Source: the human T2T-CHM13v2.0 reference genome, Homo sapiens
DNA: 64,000 nucleotides
Assembly (NCBI RefSeq): GCF_009914755.1
Contig: NC_060947.1
Direction: 5' to 3' (one strand)
The first letter of the stretch is position 1. Every line of letters begins with the position of its first letter. Under the pieces are notes generated by a model that was not told where the DNA came from, did not search any database, and saw only the letters and a program-made list of their open reading frames with translations. Of the stretch, positions 29,491 through 43,944 are shown in pieces. The position numbers and the translations under genes were made by a program.

Positions 29491-30571
29491 GGGGTCTGGA
29501 GGACTGTGGCCCTCTTCTCACAGCTCCTCTAGACAGTGCCCCAGTGGGGACTCTCTGTGGGGACTTCAACCCCACATTTCCCTTCCACACTGCCCTAGCA
29601 GAGGTTTCCATGAGGGCTATGCCCCTGCAGCAGACTTCTGCCTGGACATCCAGGTGTTTCCATACATTCTCTAAAATCTAGGTGGAGGTTCCCAAACTGC
29701 AATTCTTGACTTCTGTGTACCCACGGGACCAACACCACATGTAAGCTGCCAAGGCTTGGGGCTTGCACCAAGCAACAGCCTGAGCTATACCTTGGCCCCT
29801 TGTAGCCACAGCTGGAGCTGAAGCAGCTGGAACTCAGGGCACCATGTCCTAAGGCTGCATAGAGCCGGGGGGCCCTGGGCCAGGCCCAGGAAACCATTTT
29901 TCCCTCCTAGGCCTTTGGGCCTGTGATGGGAGGGGCTGCCGTGCAGGTCTCTGACATGCCCTGGAGACATTTTCCCCATTGTCTTGGTGGTTAGCATTTG
30001 GCTCCTTGTTACTTATGCAAATTTCTGCAGCCAGCTTGAATTTCTCCCCAGAAAATGGGTTTTTCTTTTCTATTGCATCATCAGGCTGCAAATTTTCGAA
30101 ACTCTTATGCTTTGCTTCCTCTTGAAGGTTTTGCTGCTTAGAAGTTTCTTCCACCAGATACCCTAAATCATCTTTCTCAAGTTCAAAGTCCCACAGATCT
30201 CTAGGGCAGGGGCAAAATGCTACCAGTCTGTTTGCTAAAGCACAGCAAGAGTCAACTTTATTTCAGTTCCCAACAAATTCCTCATCTCCATCTAAGACCA
30301 CCTCAGCCTAACTTCACTGTCCATATCATTATCAGCATTTTGGTCAAAGCCATTCAACAAGTCTCTAGGAAGTTTCAAACTTTCAAACTTTCTAAGTTTC
30401 AAAGTTTCTGAGCCCTCTGTCTCTAGGAAGTTCCAAACTTTCCCAGATTTTCCTGTCTTCTTCTGAGCCCTCCAAATGGCTCCAACCTTTGCCTATTACT
30501 CAGTTCCAAAGTTGCTTCCGCATTTTCGGGTATCCTTATAGCAGCACCCAACTCTACTGGTATCAATTTAT
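29491..30571 (-). mobile_element. THE1/MST internal (MaLR-int) sequence, truncated
   Basis: Typical THE1-int sequence (ENLQPDDAIEKKNPFSGEKFK pseudo-ORF), contiguous with the LTR. Confidence 0.85.
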
Positions 30572-30944
30572 TGTATTAGTGCATTCTCACCCTGCTATAA
30601 GGACATAACTGAGACTGGGTAATTTATAAATGAAAGAGGTTTAATTGACTCAGTTTCGCAGGGCTGGGGAGGCCTCAGGAAACTTACAATCATTGTGGAA
30701 GGGGAAGCAAACATGTCATTCTTCACATGGCAGCAGCAAGGAGAATTGCAGAGCGAAGTGGGGGATGCCCCTTATAAAACCATCAGCTCGTGTGCGAACT
30801 CACTATTACGAGAACAGCATGGGGGTAACAGTCCCCATGATTCAATTACCTCCCACTGGGTCCCTCCCACCACACATGGGTATTATATTCCCATAACTAC
30901 AATTCAAGATGAGATTTGGGTAAGGACACAGCCAAACCATATCA
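30572..30944 (-). mobile_element. THE1C-like 5' LTR
   Basis: Termini tgtattag...gacacagccaaaccatatca. Confidence 0.9.
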
Positions 30945-32354
30945 TGCTCTAACCTCTACCTTACGCTGTAGTGGAGGAAATGTGGTGCCTATTTCAGGGA
31001 TGTGACAGTAAGAGCCAGATACATGAACTGGCATGCCCAAGGTAACATAGAGTTAGAGAGGGAGGGGAATGAAAAACTAACAATTTCCAAGCTCTAAATA
31101 TGCACTGGCACTGGAAGAAGTACTTTTTTTTAATGATATGAAATATTTATATCATATACCTAATACGTGTCAACACACGATCCATTGGGATAGCATTTTG
31201 ATTTATTCATTTTACAATTGAGAGAACTGAAAATCAGAGAATTAACGCAAATTCTCTCAAAATCACAGAACTGGTAGGTGGCAGGGCTGACATTCAATGC
31301 CAAATTCAAGTTCTTTCCAATAAGCGCAGTTCTGTCTTGAGAGGTGTGGCTAAGAGCAGAACCCAGATGCCTATGAGGAGAAGCTGGAAGTCCTTCTTTA
31401 AGGTCACTTTGCCTTTGCAACATGAGAGATGGTTCAGGGCTCTCCTATCCAGGAGGTGTTTGTAAAACAGCGGACATCCATTTGTGCAATGCATTTAGAC
31501 TCTGCCCTCCCAGAAGTCTGGATGATGGGCAAGAAGCGCTAAGGCTCATTTCTCATCCAGGCAATCATGGGGAATGAGTGTAAACAGCCTCAATTCACAG
31601 GTGCACCTGAATGTGGGATATGGCATCAATGTTTAAGCCCTTTTAAATTTCTTCACTTGCAGAGCTCAATAAAGATTACATTACTGGAAAGGAAAGGAAA
31701 TCACCTGCACTGAAATATGACATGAGGGTGGAAAAGAATCTAAATGTCTGCTGGGGACAAAGACCTCCTCTGGTGCTGCTACACACACAGGCAAATTTCC
31801 AGCCTCATGGGTGCAAAATGGCCATATCCAGTCCCCTACTATTCAGGTGGTTTTTAGCCCACACAAAGTTTTATAAAAAGTTAAGTCCTAATGCAAAATC
31901 TTGGAAAGTTCACATACATATCTAGAGTTCCAGCCTCTTGAGGAAAGTGGAAGAGCTGGCAACACTGGGTCCCACATTCCTCACATGTGCCCCAAGGCAG
32001 CATAGGCACCCAACCCTGGGCCACTGTACCCACTTACATTACCTGGTATGCCTCAGAGTTTGTGAACCTACCCTAGCCTAAAAGGAAGGTCCTAGCTTAT
32101 TCAAAGCTTTGAAAAAAATCCTGCTGAGAAAAGACTGAAGGAATGCTTTTTGGCACCATCTCCTGTTTCATTAGCCACAGCTGCCTTACTATGTATTTGG
32201 ACCAATAAAATTGACTCTCGGAGAAAGCAAACCAATGAAATTCATAGGCAATGAGGAGAGCTCAATGAAAAAGTGAGGGGAAAATGATTTAAAAAGATAC
32301 ACTTGGGTGGCAGAGTAGGGAAGTGGCCCTTTAGAAACTGCATATAATCTGTGC

Positions 32355-32568
32355 CAGGATTTCTCAGCCTAGGCACTAGCGATATTTGGGGCCAGATAAC
32401 TTTTCAGTGGAGAATAGTCCTGTGCTTCGTAGGATGTTTAGCAGCATTCCCTGGCCTTTATCTACTAGATGCCAGAGCACCCCACCACTGTTGTGACCAC
32501 ACACGATGTCTCTGGACATCACCAAATGTCCTCCAGGGACTAAACTTACTCCAGTTGAGAACCACTGG
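32355..32568 (+). mobile_element. MER20 (hAT)
   Basis: tttctcagcctaggcact...ccagttgagaaccactg. Confidence 0.85.
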
Positions 32569-33199
32569 TCTATGTATAACTCAACTTAGAGAGCAGCTAT
32601 GAACCCAAATCATGTAAATGTGAACAAAACATTCACATTTTCCCACTTGTCACAATGCTCAAGTTATACTTTATCTCAGTTTCTGTTTTAAACAGAACAA
32701 TGTAAAAGTGTTTACAAATTATGAAGCCTTTATGTATCACACTGACTTTGGGACACAATAGCAATTTTCTTTAATTTACGAAGAAATGGGAGTCTGCATA
32801 TAATTATCTTTCTACCAAATTTCTAGGACTACAGATGGGGGAATAAGCCAAGTTTCTTGAGGAAATAGCCTTGTATTTCTTTATATGAACTGTTTTTTTC
32901 TCCTTGGGTGGGGCAGGATCAGGTATGGAACACCCTCTGATAGTCAACAGTTGTATGAATGGATGTTTAGCATTTAGAGAAGACTCAGGAGACATTGTGG
33001 TTCTTTCCTTTTATTTAGAGGACTAAACATGGTGGATGAAGAGACTTACTGGCCAGCCCTCCATGGGCCAGAATGAAAATTCAGGAAGATATCATAGGAA
33101 GACAGTCTAGCCAGCAAATGGAACCAGTGGAATGAGCTGCCTCAAAACAAAGCATCATTCATTGTGGCTTCCATTTGGTTGTATTCTGTCTTGCACCCC

Positions 33200-33432
33200 T
33201 CCACTTTGTGAGAAACCAGGTCAGGAGCAGCCCTATGCAAAAAGCTAAGGGGTAAGTCTCCAGCTGAAAGCTATACTAGTGAGCCTGGGAACTGCTCCTC
33301 CAGCCCCAATCAAGCCCTAAGATGACTGCAGCCCCATCTTTGCTTGGCTGCAACTTCACAGGAGCCCCTGAACCAGAACACCCAAGCTAAGCTATTCACA
33401 GAAGCTGTTTTACAAGATAAATGTTTGTTATT
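33200..33432 (+). mobile_element. MLT1 LTR fragment
   Basis: ccagccccaatcaagccctaagatgactgcagccc motif. Confidence 0.7.
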
Positions 33433-33459
33433 TGAAAAATAAAAATAAAAAGATAAGAA

Positions 33460-33768
33460 AAGATGCCCAGTTAAATGCAATGTGGTATCCTGAATAGGAT
33501 TCTGGAAGAGACAAATAACATTAGTGTGGAAACTGGTGAAATCTGAGTGAAGTCTATAGTTTTGTTGATAGCAATGCACCAATGTTGGTTTCTTAGCTGT
33601 GATAAATGTACCAAGGTAATACATTTATGGTATTAATGTTACCATAATAGCATTGAGGTTATGTTATTATGTTAACAGGGCAAACTGGGTAAGGGGCATA
33701 AGGGAACTCTATACTATCTTCATAACTCTCTGTAATTCTAAAATTATTCCAAAATTAAAAAAAAATAA
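33460..33768 (+). mobile_element. L1MC/ME 3' end
   Basis: aaatgcaatgtggtatcctgaataggattctgg...aaattattccaaaattaaaa. Confidence 0.75.
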
Positions 33769-35262
33769 GTCCTTTCTCCCAGGCACCAGATGTATTCAAG
33801 CAAAGGTTGGAAACTCACTTATCAAGCATGTGAGAAAATGGAGGCCTGTATTGCTCACTGAAGTGCTCCACAGAACTGAAAGCTCAGTTTAGTGACAAGA
33901 AGGGAGGTGACTCACAAGCCAGGCTGAAACTAGTGAAATAATCTCCTATTTGCATCTCCTTGATCTGAAAGAAAACATGTGCCTAAGCTGACATGAAACA
34001 TCTATTATGTTTGCCATTCTGGTGGAGCCTGTTTGCTGGAAAGGGAGTGGACAGCTAACAAGATGGACCAGATTTGTTTTTATGGGGCTGGTGATTTTTT
34101 CATAGGTGGCTTATTAGGTTGTTGTAAGATTCTAAATCTTAGGTTCTCTAAATCCTTTTTCTGCTTAAGTTATCCAGACAGTATTTTTCATTTGCATTCA
34201 TGAACACCGATTATTTGATTAGTACAGAAATCTATTTTTAAGCTCCAATGCCTATTCTGTAAACCAAAATATTGTTTTTAAAATAAAATATAACATCTCT
34301 TTACATATATATGTACATATAAATGTGAATTGAGTTATATGATCTGTGGATATCCTGTAAAAAGGTTTAGTAATACCATATTTTGTCCTTTATTAAAACT
34401 AAAATTCATTATTTCATCTCATTATTTCTCACTTTGAGGGCTTTTCTTTGTGGCTTTCAAGCCACAGACCTCCCAAAAAATAAGGCAAGAGAAAGACTGA
34501 ACCAGATATTTTATTTCCAGTTTGGAACAGGAGGTTTGTTAAAGAAGTAACAATATTATTAATGACCCCTGGCACTTGGGAGCCATTCATTGTGCCTGTA
34601 CTCCATGTTTGGTGCTTTCTAATGATTAATCCCAGCAACATAAGTTAAATTGGCCCAGTAAGTTTACATAGGAAAACAGGTGTTACCTGAGGACAAGTCA
34701 GGCTGGACAAAGGATCCACTTACTGCCATTGCCACCCCGAGTGGAATGAATTCAAAATTGCTCCTTCTACTTTGAGTTGCCTGCTTCATATTCAAAGTCT
34801 ATCCCAAGAAATGGAATGGATAGCAGCTCTGATAGAAAAGAGGAATAGTAATCTAGGAAAGCGAAACCAGTGGGACCAGGAAAGGGAAAACAGTGGGACC
34901 AATGCAATGCTCTGGTTTAAGAGTTAACCTGGGATGAATCCCAGAGATTTAGGAAGGGAGCCAAAACAGGGATCTCTTCCCTATTCTTAAGCAAGTATTC
35001 TCTGCCCAGGGATGTTGTACCATAGAACATGATGACTATTCTTGGCTTGGGAATATTATTTACAATATAATAGTTATCTGTTTAAATGTCATCTTCCATA
35101 CACTGATCTATCCATCCACCCATCCACCCTTTGATTGATCAATAGGTGAGATTCTGAGCTAGGTGCTATGAACCCAGATGAATGAATGCTATCTCTGCCT
35201 TTGAAAAATTCAAAATTCAGTGCTAGAGATAGACATGTGGAAACCTAATTAAAGCAAAATGA

Positions 35263-35594
35263 GGCCGGGCATGGTGGCTCGTATCTGTAATCCCAGCACT
35301 TTGGGACACCGAGGCAGGTGGATCCCTTGAGCTAAGAAGTTTGAGACCATCCTGGGCAACGTGCTGAAATCCTGTCTGTACTAAAAATACAAAAATTAGC
35401 TGGGCATGGTGGCACGTGCCTGTAGTCCCAGCTACTGGGTGGGGTGGGGTGGGGTGGGGGGCTGAGGCAGGGGGATCGCCTGAGCCTTGGGAGGTTGAGG
35501 CTGCAGTGAGCTATGATCGTGTCACTGCACTCCAGCCGGAGCGACAGAGTAGTGTCACTGCACTCCAGCCTGGGCGACAAAAAAAAAAAAAAAA
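35263..35594 (+). mobile_element. AluJ-like with (GGGGT)n insertion and internal 3' duplication
   Basis: TSD aaagcaa(a/t)atga; G-run at 35437-35461; tgtcactgcactccagcc present twice. Confidence 0.9.
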
Positions 35595-36029
35595 GCAATA
35601 TGAAGAAATGCTTCAGTGAGGAGAAGACATTTACTAGGTGCCAGGACAAAAGAGAGAAGACTGCTTCCAGTTCTGCTTGCAAAGGCTAATGTTTGAGTTC
35701 AACCTTAAGGGATGAAGTTATCCCTCTCTGGGGTCTTTGAATTTTGGTGGGGGTTTCCACCAGCTTAGTTTAGGACATCCTTCCTTTCTGATTACCCTAT
35801 CCCTTTTAATGTTTGATTCCTTATAATCCAACCCTTTACCAACTAAGCATTCTATTGGTGAAAAAGATGAGAAAATTGCAAATTCAGGAGTGGATTGCTA
35901 GTTTCTTAAGTGGGAACCAGGGTTCAAGAGAGGGGAAAATAATAATTGTGGAAGAAAACAATCTATATGGAAAATAATGGAAAACGTATTCAAGCCCAAA
36001 CTGGTCCCATCATTCAGGCAATGCTGGAT

Positions 36030-36031
<2 letters not shown>

Positions 36032-36080
<49 letters not shown>

Positions 36081-36085
36081 TGTGT
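36032..36085. repeat. (TG)n microsatellite
   Basis: Direct reading of the sequence. Confidence 0.95.
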
Positions 36086-38159
36086 CATCTTCAAGAAATC
36101 TTTCATACCCTAGATTGTTGGTTATTTAACCAAACTCATGTTATCAAAGTTTTTGCTTATTAACTTATACTTAACAGTTCTTCCACTAACTTTAATTGAA
36201 ATAGACAAAGGCAGATAGGAACAGGGTGATTGGTTCACTTTTGTTGGTATAAGTCCCAGTGAATTAAACACTTTCTTTTTCCTGCTAGCACTTTGTGGGC
36301 TAGGATTTCCAAAATCTCTTTCCAAAGTGTCTATGTTTCCCTGGAGAAGAAAATGTTTTATGGTATTCTTAAGCAATAGCGATGCCTCTCCTTAGGGCTG
36401 AGGCTCCCCAAAGTACTTGTGAAATGTACTAATCCCCACAGTTTACATGTTGAAGTGGTGGTGAAATTATCAAAGGTGTGGTCAGAAAATAAGAACATTC
36501 TGTGAGTCTCTCACTGCTGTAGAGAAAGTCGACTCTTGGAGGTCACCATGCCTTCAGTTAAACACTAAGAAGAAACCTATTCTGTTTTGTGTAAATTATT
36601 CTGGCAGGGTGATTAGTTCTAAAATTTTTCTATATCATCTTCAAGAGGAGAAAAAAAACTTCTGGATCCTCGAACCTCAAAGCAAGTGGTTTTCTATTAC
36701 AGAAAAATCATTAAGATATTTGATTTGTTGAACACGTCTCCTTGTTCCGTCAAAACATGAGGTAGGGAAGCTGATCTCATGGTTTAGATGCCATAGCTTT
36801 AAAGGCTCAACTATGGTTTTTCCTTAACTAGGTGTTCTTTGTAATCACTGCTTGCTGTAAGAACTGCTAATGATCAAATTATGCCCTAGAAGGATCTTTT
36901 ACTTGCTTTCATTTTTCCACAGTCAAGTTATATGATTTTTTTTAAAGAAGATTTTTTTTTCAAAGCTTTCAGCACATGTCTCAAAGGGGCAGCTCTGCTG
37001 CTGACTTTTCATGATCTAGGAGCTAGTATGTCCTTCCAGGCTCCTGAATTTGTATCTTTCATTGAACAGTCCTTAAATGGAGGACAATACTTTTAGTTTA
37101 GTCTAGGTAGGCACTGTATTTGTAGAGACAGGAGTTTCCAAATATCGGGGCAGGGAAAATGGCTTTTGCCAAGTCATTTTTTTAAGCTACATTTCATTCC
37201 TGGAGTGTAAATGAAAGGAAGTAGGCAGGAGAACAAAAATACAAAAATCATTTTTCCCTAATAAATATTCTAGGTGGTTAACTCAAGAAAATTAAAACCC
37301 AAATTTTGGGAGTCTTATCATTACTTGTTAAAGTCTTGGAAATGCCTAGAATTTCCTGCCAGTTGCTCCCATGAAAACAGCTCTCTCTGATTCAGTACCT
37401 GAAAAGATGATGCAATTAAATGAAACTATTATACTACCTATCCTTTTCTTATCCATTCCATGTTTTTGATTATCCTTTGAGCCATTCAAAACAATTCCAT
37501 ATGCTATGGAAACACTATATACATAAATGTGCTATGATTGAATTTTTAATGTATCTCATTTAATTTTTCAAATATTTATTGTGCTGTAGGTATGTATAAG
37601 GCACTGTGCTAGACGCTAAAGCAAATAAAATAAGAATGGTTTCCTCTCTATCACTTGTCTGCAATGGCAGAAGATGACAATGTTCTTCCGTATACCAGTA
37701 GTTTTTAATCTAAATCCATCTCTATCCTGCTCCCCTCCACCTACTCACTGCAATTCTTCCTTGCTCCATTTTGTCAGTTGCTCATCCTCCATGCAACTCA
37801 TCCTGGGATGAGTTATCACCCCAAACTCGGGAAATGAACCCTTAGTTCAAGCCAATCCCAGTGATTTATTTCTACTTCCCAGTATTGATTTGGGCACTGG
37901 CAGGTGTTGCAATTCTAGGACATGAGAAGGGAATATTGCTAACTTCTCAGTCATCAAACAAGATAGTAATAGTGAAAGTAATAACTTGTAATGAAGATTG
38001 ACTTATTAAAGTTACCCATTTAATGCATAACTCATGTGTCTATAGACTGCATGGTGGCATCAGTTGTTTAAACCAGTCATAAAAATATTGACTTTTATTT
38101 TTTGCTTAATGCCACCAAAGGAACTCATCTCACCTTGAAAAAATATTTGGTCACATATG

Positions 38160-38533
38160 CAGTCATGTGCCACATAACAATGCTTTGGTCAACAGGCCAT
38201 ATATAAGACAGTGGTCTGAAAAGATTATAATGGAGGTGCTTCATACAGCTATACTATTTTTTATCTTTTATGCAATATTTCTACTATGCCTTTTCTATGT
38301 TTAGATACATAGATACCTACCATTGCATTCCAATTACCTACAGTGTTCAGTACAGGAACATGCTGTATAGGTTTATAGCCTAGGAGCAGTAGGCTCTACC
38401 ATATCGCCTAGGTGTGTAGTAGGCTATGCCATCTAGGTTTGTGTAAGTATACTCTATTAAGTTTTGCACACTGTCAAAATCATCTAATGATGCATTTCTC
38501 AGTATGAATCTGTCATTAAGCAATGCATGACTG
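38160..38533. mobile_element. Tigger3/MER7-like MITE
   Basis: Terminal inverted repeats CAGTCATG...CATGACTG followed by TA. Confidence 0.8.
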
Positions 38534-38703
38534 TAATATAAGCACTAAAACATCTAAGAATAACAAAGGTCTGATCCTTAAAAAGCACACAATTACTACA
38601 TCATGAAATTAAAATAATGAAGAAATTGAAATGAACAGGAATAGTATAGTTGAACAACTGCATAAAAAATAACAATGAATTACTATAATATTAATTTCAA
38701 ATT

Positions 38704-38915
38704 AGGGGTTGGCAAGCTTTTTTTCTGTAAAGATCCAGAGAATAAATACTTTTGATCTTGTGGGCCATAAGGTCTCTGTCAAAACTACTCAACTCTGCCA
38801 CTGTAGCACTAAAGCAGTCACAGGCAATACAGAAAGAAATGGACATGGCTGGGTTTTAATAAAAATATAAAAACAGGCAATGGACTGGCTATGGCCCATG
38901 AGCTTAGTTTGCCCA
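38704..38915 (+). mobile_element. MER58A
   Basis: aggggttggcaagctttttttctgtaaag...aactactcaactctgcc. Confidence 0.8.
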
Positions 38916-41900
38916 CATCTATCTTAAGTGAAAACCTGTTAAACTACTCTTCCAGAGCTTTCCATATGTAAAGCTCTAGTAACACCCACTAGTTGAATTT
39001 TTAAGTAATCTTGAGGGCTTGATTCCAAATGACCTAAAAAGGCTGATTGGTTAAAAAATACACTCAGCATTAAATTTCAACGTATACGTATTTGCTTTTA
39101 TTTTGCCCATGGGGAAACCAAGAAAAAAGGCAAAATGTTCATGTTTGAAGGATGGGATATTCTTCATAATTATCAAGTTTATTTTGGGCTATGATCCCAA
39201 AAGAGAATATAGTGCAGTCTTGAAATCTTTGAAAGGTGCCAGAATATTTCAGAAACTGCAGTGACAGAAGTTTTGGTCAAGATGCCAAAGTCTTGTGCAA
39301 TAGTGGTTGCTGCTCCAACAAGACATACGAATATGTATAAATATGACCAGTTGAGACAAGACCTTGGATAGAAAACGATATTGTCTGAGAACATAAAGGA
39401 AGTAATTTGTGAATACCATGGTACAAAGCACATGGCTTAAAGAATCCCACACCTGCTTGGCACCAACATAGCATCATATAGTGGCAGCAGACACTTGAGA
39501 ACTTTACATGGTAAAAACCCTGGGGTGCTAGGAAGAGCATCCAAGAAGAAAATTACAAAATAACCTGCAGGATAATGTCTTTGTCATTCTTGGCTTTTAC
39601 CAGAGTGGGTGGATGAGGCAGCTTCTATCTAAAGGGTCACCAAAGTCAACTTGGACAGATCATCTCCACTGCTCTATCTTTTAATATAATTGATGCATCT
39701 GTGTTTTCTCTGTCTATTGACTAGGAACTACTCGATGATAGGAACTCCTTTTGACATAGTGTTGAATCCTCTATCGCAGCTAGACCTTAAAGCCCCACAT
39801 ATGTATCTCCTTCAGGTTGCATAACCCTTGGTATTATGAGGAAAGAGCTGTGAGGCCTTGTAGGAAGCCCTCTGGGTGTCACTCCCTCAGTTTGGCTCTA
39901 GAGAGAGAAGGCATAAGATACTCAGGTATGGCTCTAGCCTTAGGTTCATCACCATGGCCCTATGGAAAAAGAAGTTCCCGTCCACCTTATCAAGGCCCTG
40001 AGAGCCACAGCAAAGATCAACTAATTTTTCCATACTGATATTTTTGTTGCTTCCTTTGTGATTCCCTGTTCTCTATTCCATATACCTTCCAAGACTGTGT
40101 TATTGAATAGTGGTTTATAACCTATTAATAAATCAAGAAAATTCAGTGGATCATGAAAACATATTTTGAAAATGAAAGAGAATCAGATAGAAGAGGATAG
40201 GAGAGAATATTATAAAGAATATCCAAATGTATCTCTGATAAAGATAAGCTGTTTGGCTTCATGCATTTCCTGGGCTGAGATGTAAAATGTACTTCTCACT
40301 GCAGATAGGTTGTGGACAAAAAATCTGCAACCTGCTGTTCTAAGACAAGTAAACAAATAAAAGTCTGTGGTGCATTCTGAGAACAGGCTGCAAACTAAAT
40401 GGATTTCTTCTTTTATATGAAATAGATAGTATCTCATATAAAATGGCTTTGATAGTAAGATCAGTAGACAATAGGGAGCCTTGGGATTTTTGTTTGCTTT
40501 TTGTTTTTCCAACAAAGGAGTAGCCACTGTGGTTGAAGTTTCACTCTGGTGATTTTACGTGTGGTAGATAGAATAGAGGAGAAGCCCTGAATTGAGGAAA
40601 GTAGGTAGGGGTTCTATGACTATAATTAAAATCAAGCATAATGATGCAGTGACATAGGGTTGAGGGGAGATACAGGACAAAGTGATATGGTGATGGCAAA
40701 AATGACAATGATGATGATGATGATGGTGATGGATAAGTTTTATGGAGAGTATATAAGATGTCAGGAAGTGATTTAAGCTCATTATGGTTATTATTTCATT
40801 TAAATCTCACATCAACCCTATGAGACCATCAATGAAAGCTGGAAACTGAGCATGAAGTGAAGGAGTAAGGAAGTGTTGAGGTTGTTTTAAAATCATTACT
40901 GGAGACACTGGGGACAGTGGGAGAAAGGTGATCGATGCTCTTTAGAGATATGGGGAAGAGTGAGAGGAAGAGCTTAATTTAAAAGCTTATTATTAAATAA
41001 TATGCCTGCACGCATCCATTCACATCTCAAAGATTTGCTGAGGGCCACTTGTGTATTAGGCAGTACAGATGATGTTCCAGATCAAAGACCAATAAGACGT
41101 AGCCCTACTCCATGGGAAGTCACCATCCTTTGTGTGAAGATCACAGAAAAGGTGATTGTGGACACACAGAAGGTACAATCAGCTCCACAGTTCACAGAAT
41201 AGAGACCTTTGTTGAGGGCCTCTGGGCACAGTGGTCTCATTATTCCGTGATCATCCCTATTTGGTGGTGTTTGCTTCCCATTGGCATTTCTACCTACAGT
41301 GGATTTTGTGGATTCTGCACCAGGTTTCAACCTTATTTTTACTTACACAAAAGGCTTTGGCAGACAGTTCTAGCACATCACCTCTTCAACTGGGCATTGC
41401 CAGAAAGAATAACAGAAATAGGACAGTTAAATTTTTCTGTCAAGGGTTGTTATATAAACACCCAATCTCAATTTCCTTGCCTACCAGGTTACTTTTATTT
41501 TCTAAATCAACATTTAAATCACAAACTGAAGACAGCTGCAGTGTTGGCCTAGCAAGAATGTAATTTTCCTTATTTCATTGAGTTGTGTACTTGGATTTGA
41601 CATTGCCTAAGGGATAATGGCGAGGGATCATTTTATAAGGAAGCCATATAATTGAGCAATTTTGAGGCATTGGGGTACTCTTTTATGAGACTCTTCTCCA
41701 TATTTTCTTAAACCATCAGCTATTCCTCATTCCATGATACTGTTTTCAAAATGCATAAACAAAGCCTTTCTCAATTGTGATATCAGAAATGAACTGATAC
41801 AAGAAGAAAACAGCTCTAAAGAAAACACAAATATGCATTTCTGTCTTATAGAACCATTCAACTGTAAATATTGGTTTACAATATAATAAGGTTAAGCCAT

Positions 41901-41969
41901 AATGCCTACACTAACGTGCTATAGTGATTGTGGCAGGAATAAGTTATTTTCTTTCATTTTACCTTAGAT

Positions 41970-42168
41970 CAGGCATCAGCAAATTTTTCCTGTAAAGGGC
42001 CAGATAGTAAACTTCTGAGACAATGTCACAACTACTCAACTCTGACATTGAGTGAAAACAGGCATAGACGAATTGTAAATGAATGAGCATGGCTGTGTTT
42101 CAGTAAGACTTTATTTACAAAGACAGATGGTAAGCTTGGTTTGGCCATGGTTCAGTTGCTAACCCCTG
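41970..42168 (+). mobile_element. MER58A
   Basis: Same MER58 motifs; ends gctaacccctg. Confidence 0.8.
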
Positions 42169-42874
42169 ATTTTGACCATTTGTATTAAAATGTTACCAAA
42201 ATAATATTAATTGGACCTAACATACTACTTGATATACAAAAAGTGCTCTTTGGATGTGTTTTAAATAAGTGAAAAGTTTGTGTAGACCATTAGGTTTTGC
42301 TTAATTTCTTGACTATTTTTTACATTTGTTTCCTGGTTCTGTGACTAAGAGTTGGCCATTTACAAACTAGATAGTCTGATCCAAGAGCCTATGCCAAGAG
42401 TAGCCATTTGAATAATCAGATAGTCCATGCTTGCCTCCATGGAGTAATTTTGGGCTCACAGGGAAAATGATTGGTTCCTGATTTCAACCACTAAAAATGT
42501 CTCCAGATTCTCAAAAGCATTTTCAAAAGTCTCTTTTTGAACCATGTTAAGTTTAGAAGGGGTAACAAATTAAGCTCATCAGCTATTTTATCTTATTAGT
42601 TATTCAGTGTGTACATCTCCAGGCTAAATGGATATACAGGAGGGAGGAGCCACAAGATGCAAGAAGCCTGGGTCCCTGAATAACGGCCTGGAAGAGAGTT
42701 TGCCCTTCTCACCCCATTGCCAACCTGCATTAGATAGTGCTTCAGTAAGAAATATACTTTTGTAGTGGTGTTAAGGCACTGAGTGGTTAGCCTACCCCAA
42801 CAAATACAAGTATGTATCTGTGAGATACAGTCTTAGAAGTAGAATGGTTGGGCCATTTAAAATTTAGAAAAATG

Positions 42875-43941
42875 CAAGAACCCAAAAGCAAATGCAATAA
42901 AAAGAAAGATAAATAGCTGGGACTTAATTAAACCAAAGAGCTTTTGCACACCAAAAGGAAAAGTCAGCAGAATAAACAGACAACCCACAGAGTGGGACAA
43001 AATCTTCACAATCTATACAATTGACAAAGTACGAATATACAGAATCTACAACAAACTCAAACACATTAGCAAGAAAAAAACAAACAATCCCATCAAAAAG
43101 TGGGCTAAGGACACGAATAGAAAATTCTCAAAAGCAGATATACAAATGGACAACAAACATATAAAAAATGCTCAACATCACTAATGATCAGGGAAATGCA
43201 AATCAAAATCACAATGTGATACCACCTTACTCCTGCAAGAATGGCCATAATCAAAAAATCAAAAAATAATAGATGTTGGTGTGGATGCGGTGAACAGGGA
43301 ACACTTCTACACTGCTGGTGGGAATGTAAACTAGTACAGCTGCTATAGAAAACAGGGTGGAGAGTCCTTAAAGAACTAAAAGTAGAACTTCCATTTGACC
43401 CAGTAATCTCGCTACTGGGCATTTACTCAGAGGAAAAGAAGTCATTATACAGAAAAGATACTTGCACACACATGTTTACAGCCACACAATTCGCAACTGC
43501 AAAAATGTGGAACCAACCCAAATGCCCATCACTCAATGAGTGGATAAAGAAACTGTGGTATATATATAAGTATGATGGAATACTACTCAGCCATAAGAAG
43601 GAATGAATTAATGGCATTAACAGCGACCTGGATGGGATTGGAGACTATTATTCTAAGTGAAGTAACTCAGGAATGGAAAACTAGACATTGTATGTTCTCA
43701 CTAATAGGTGGGAGCTAAGCTATGAGGATGCAAAGGCATAAGAATGACACAATAGACTTCAGGGACTCAGGGAGAAAGGGTGGGAAAGGGGTGAGGGATA
43801 AAAAACTATGAATTGTGTTCAGTGTATACTGCTTGGGTGATGGCTGCACCAAAATCTCACAGATCACCACTAAAGAACTTATTCGTGTAACCAAATACCA
43901 CCTGTTCCTAAAAAACCATGGAAATAATAAATAAATAAATA
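42875..43941 (+). mobile_element. L1PB-like 3' ~1.1 kb
   Basis: Degenerate ORF2 C-terminus, 3' UTR and (TAAA)n tail. Confidence 0.9.
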
Positions 43942-43944
43942 CAA

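Noticed and set aside
39179-39540. Three overlapping minus-strand ORFs or a possible ancient LINE/processed pseudogene
   Set aside because: No recognisable homology, poly-A or TSD. A Dfam/tblastx search would be needed.
40555-40782. Poly-His ORF
   Set aside because: Translation of a (GAT)n simple repeat.
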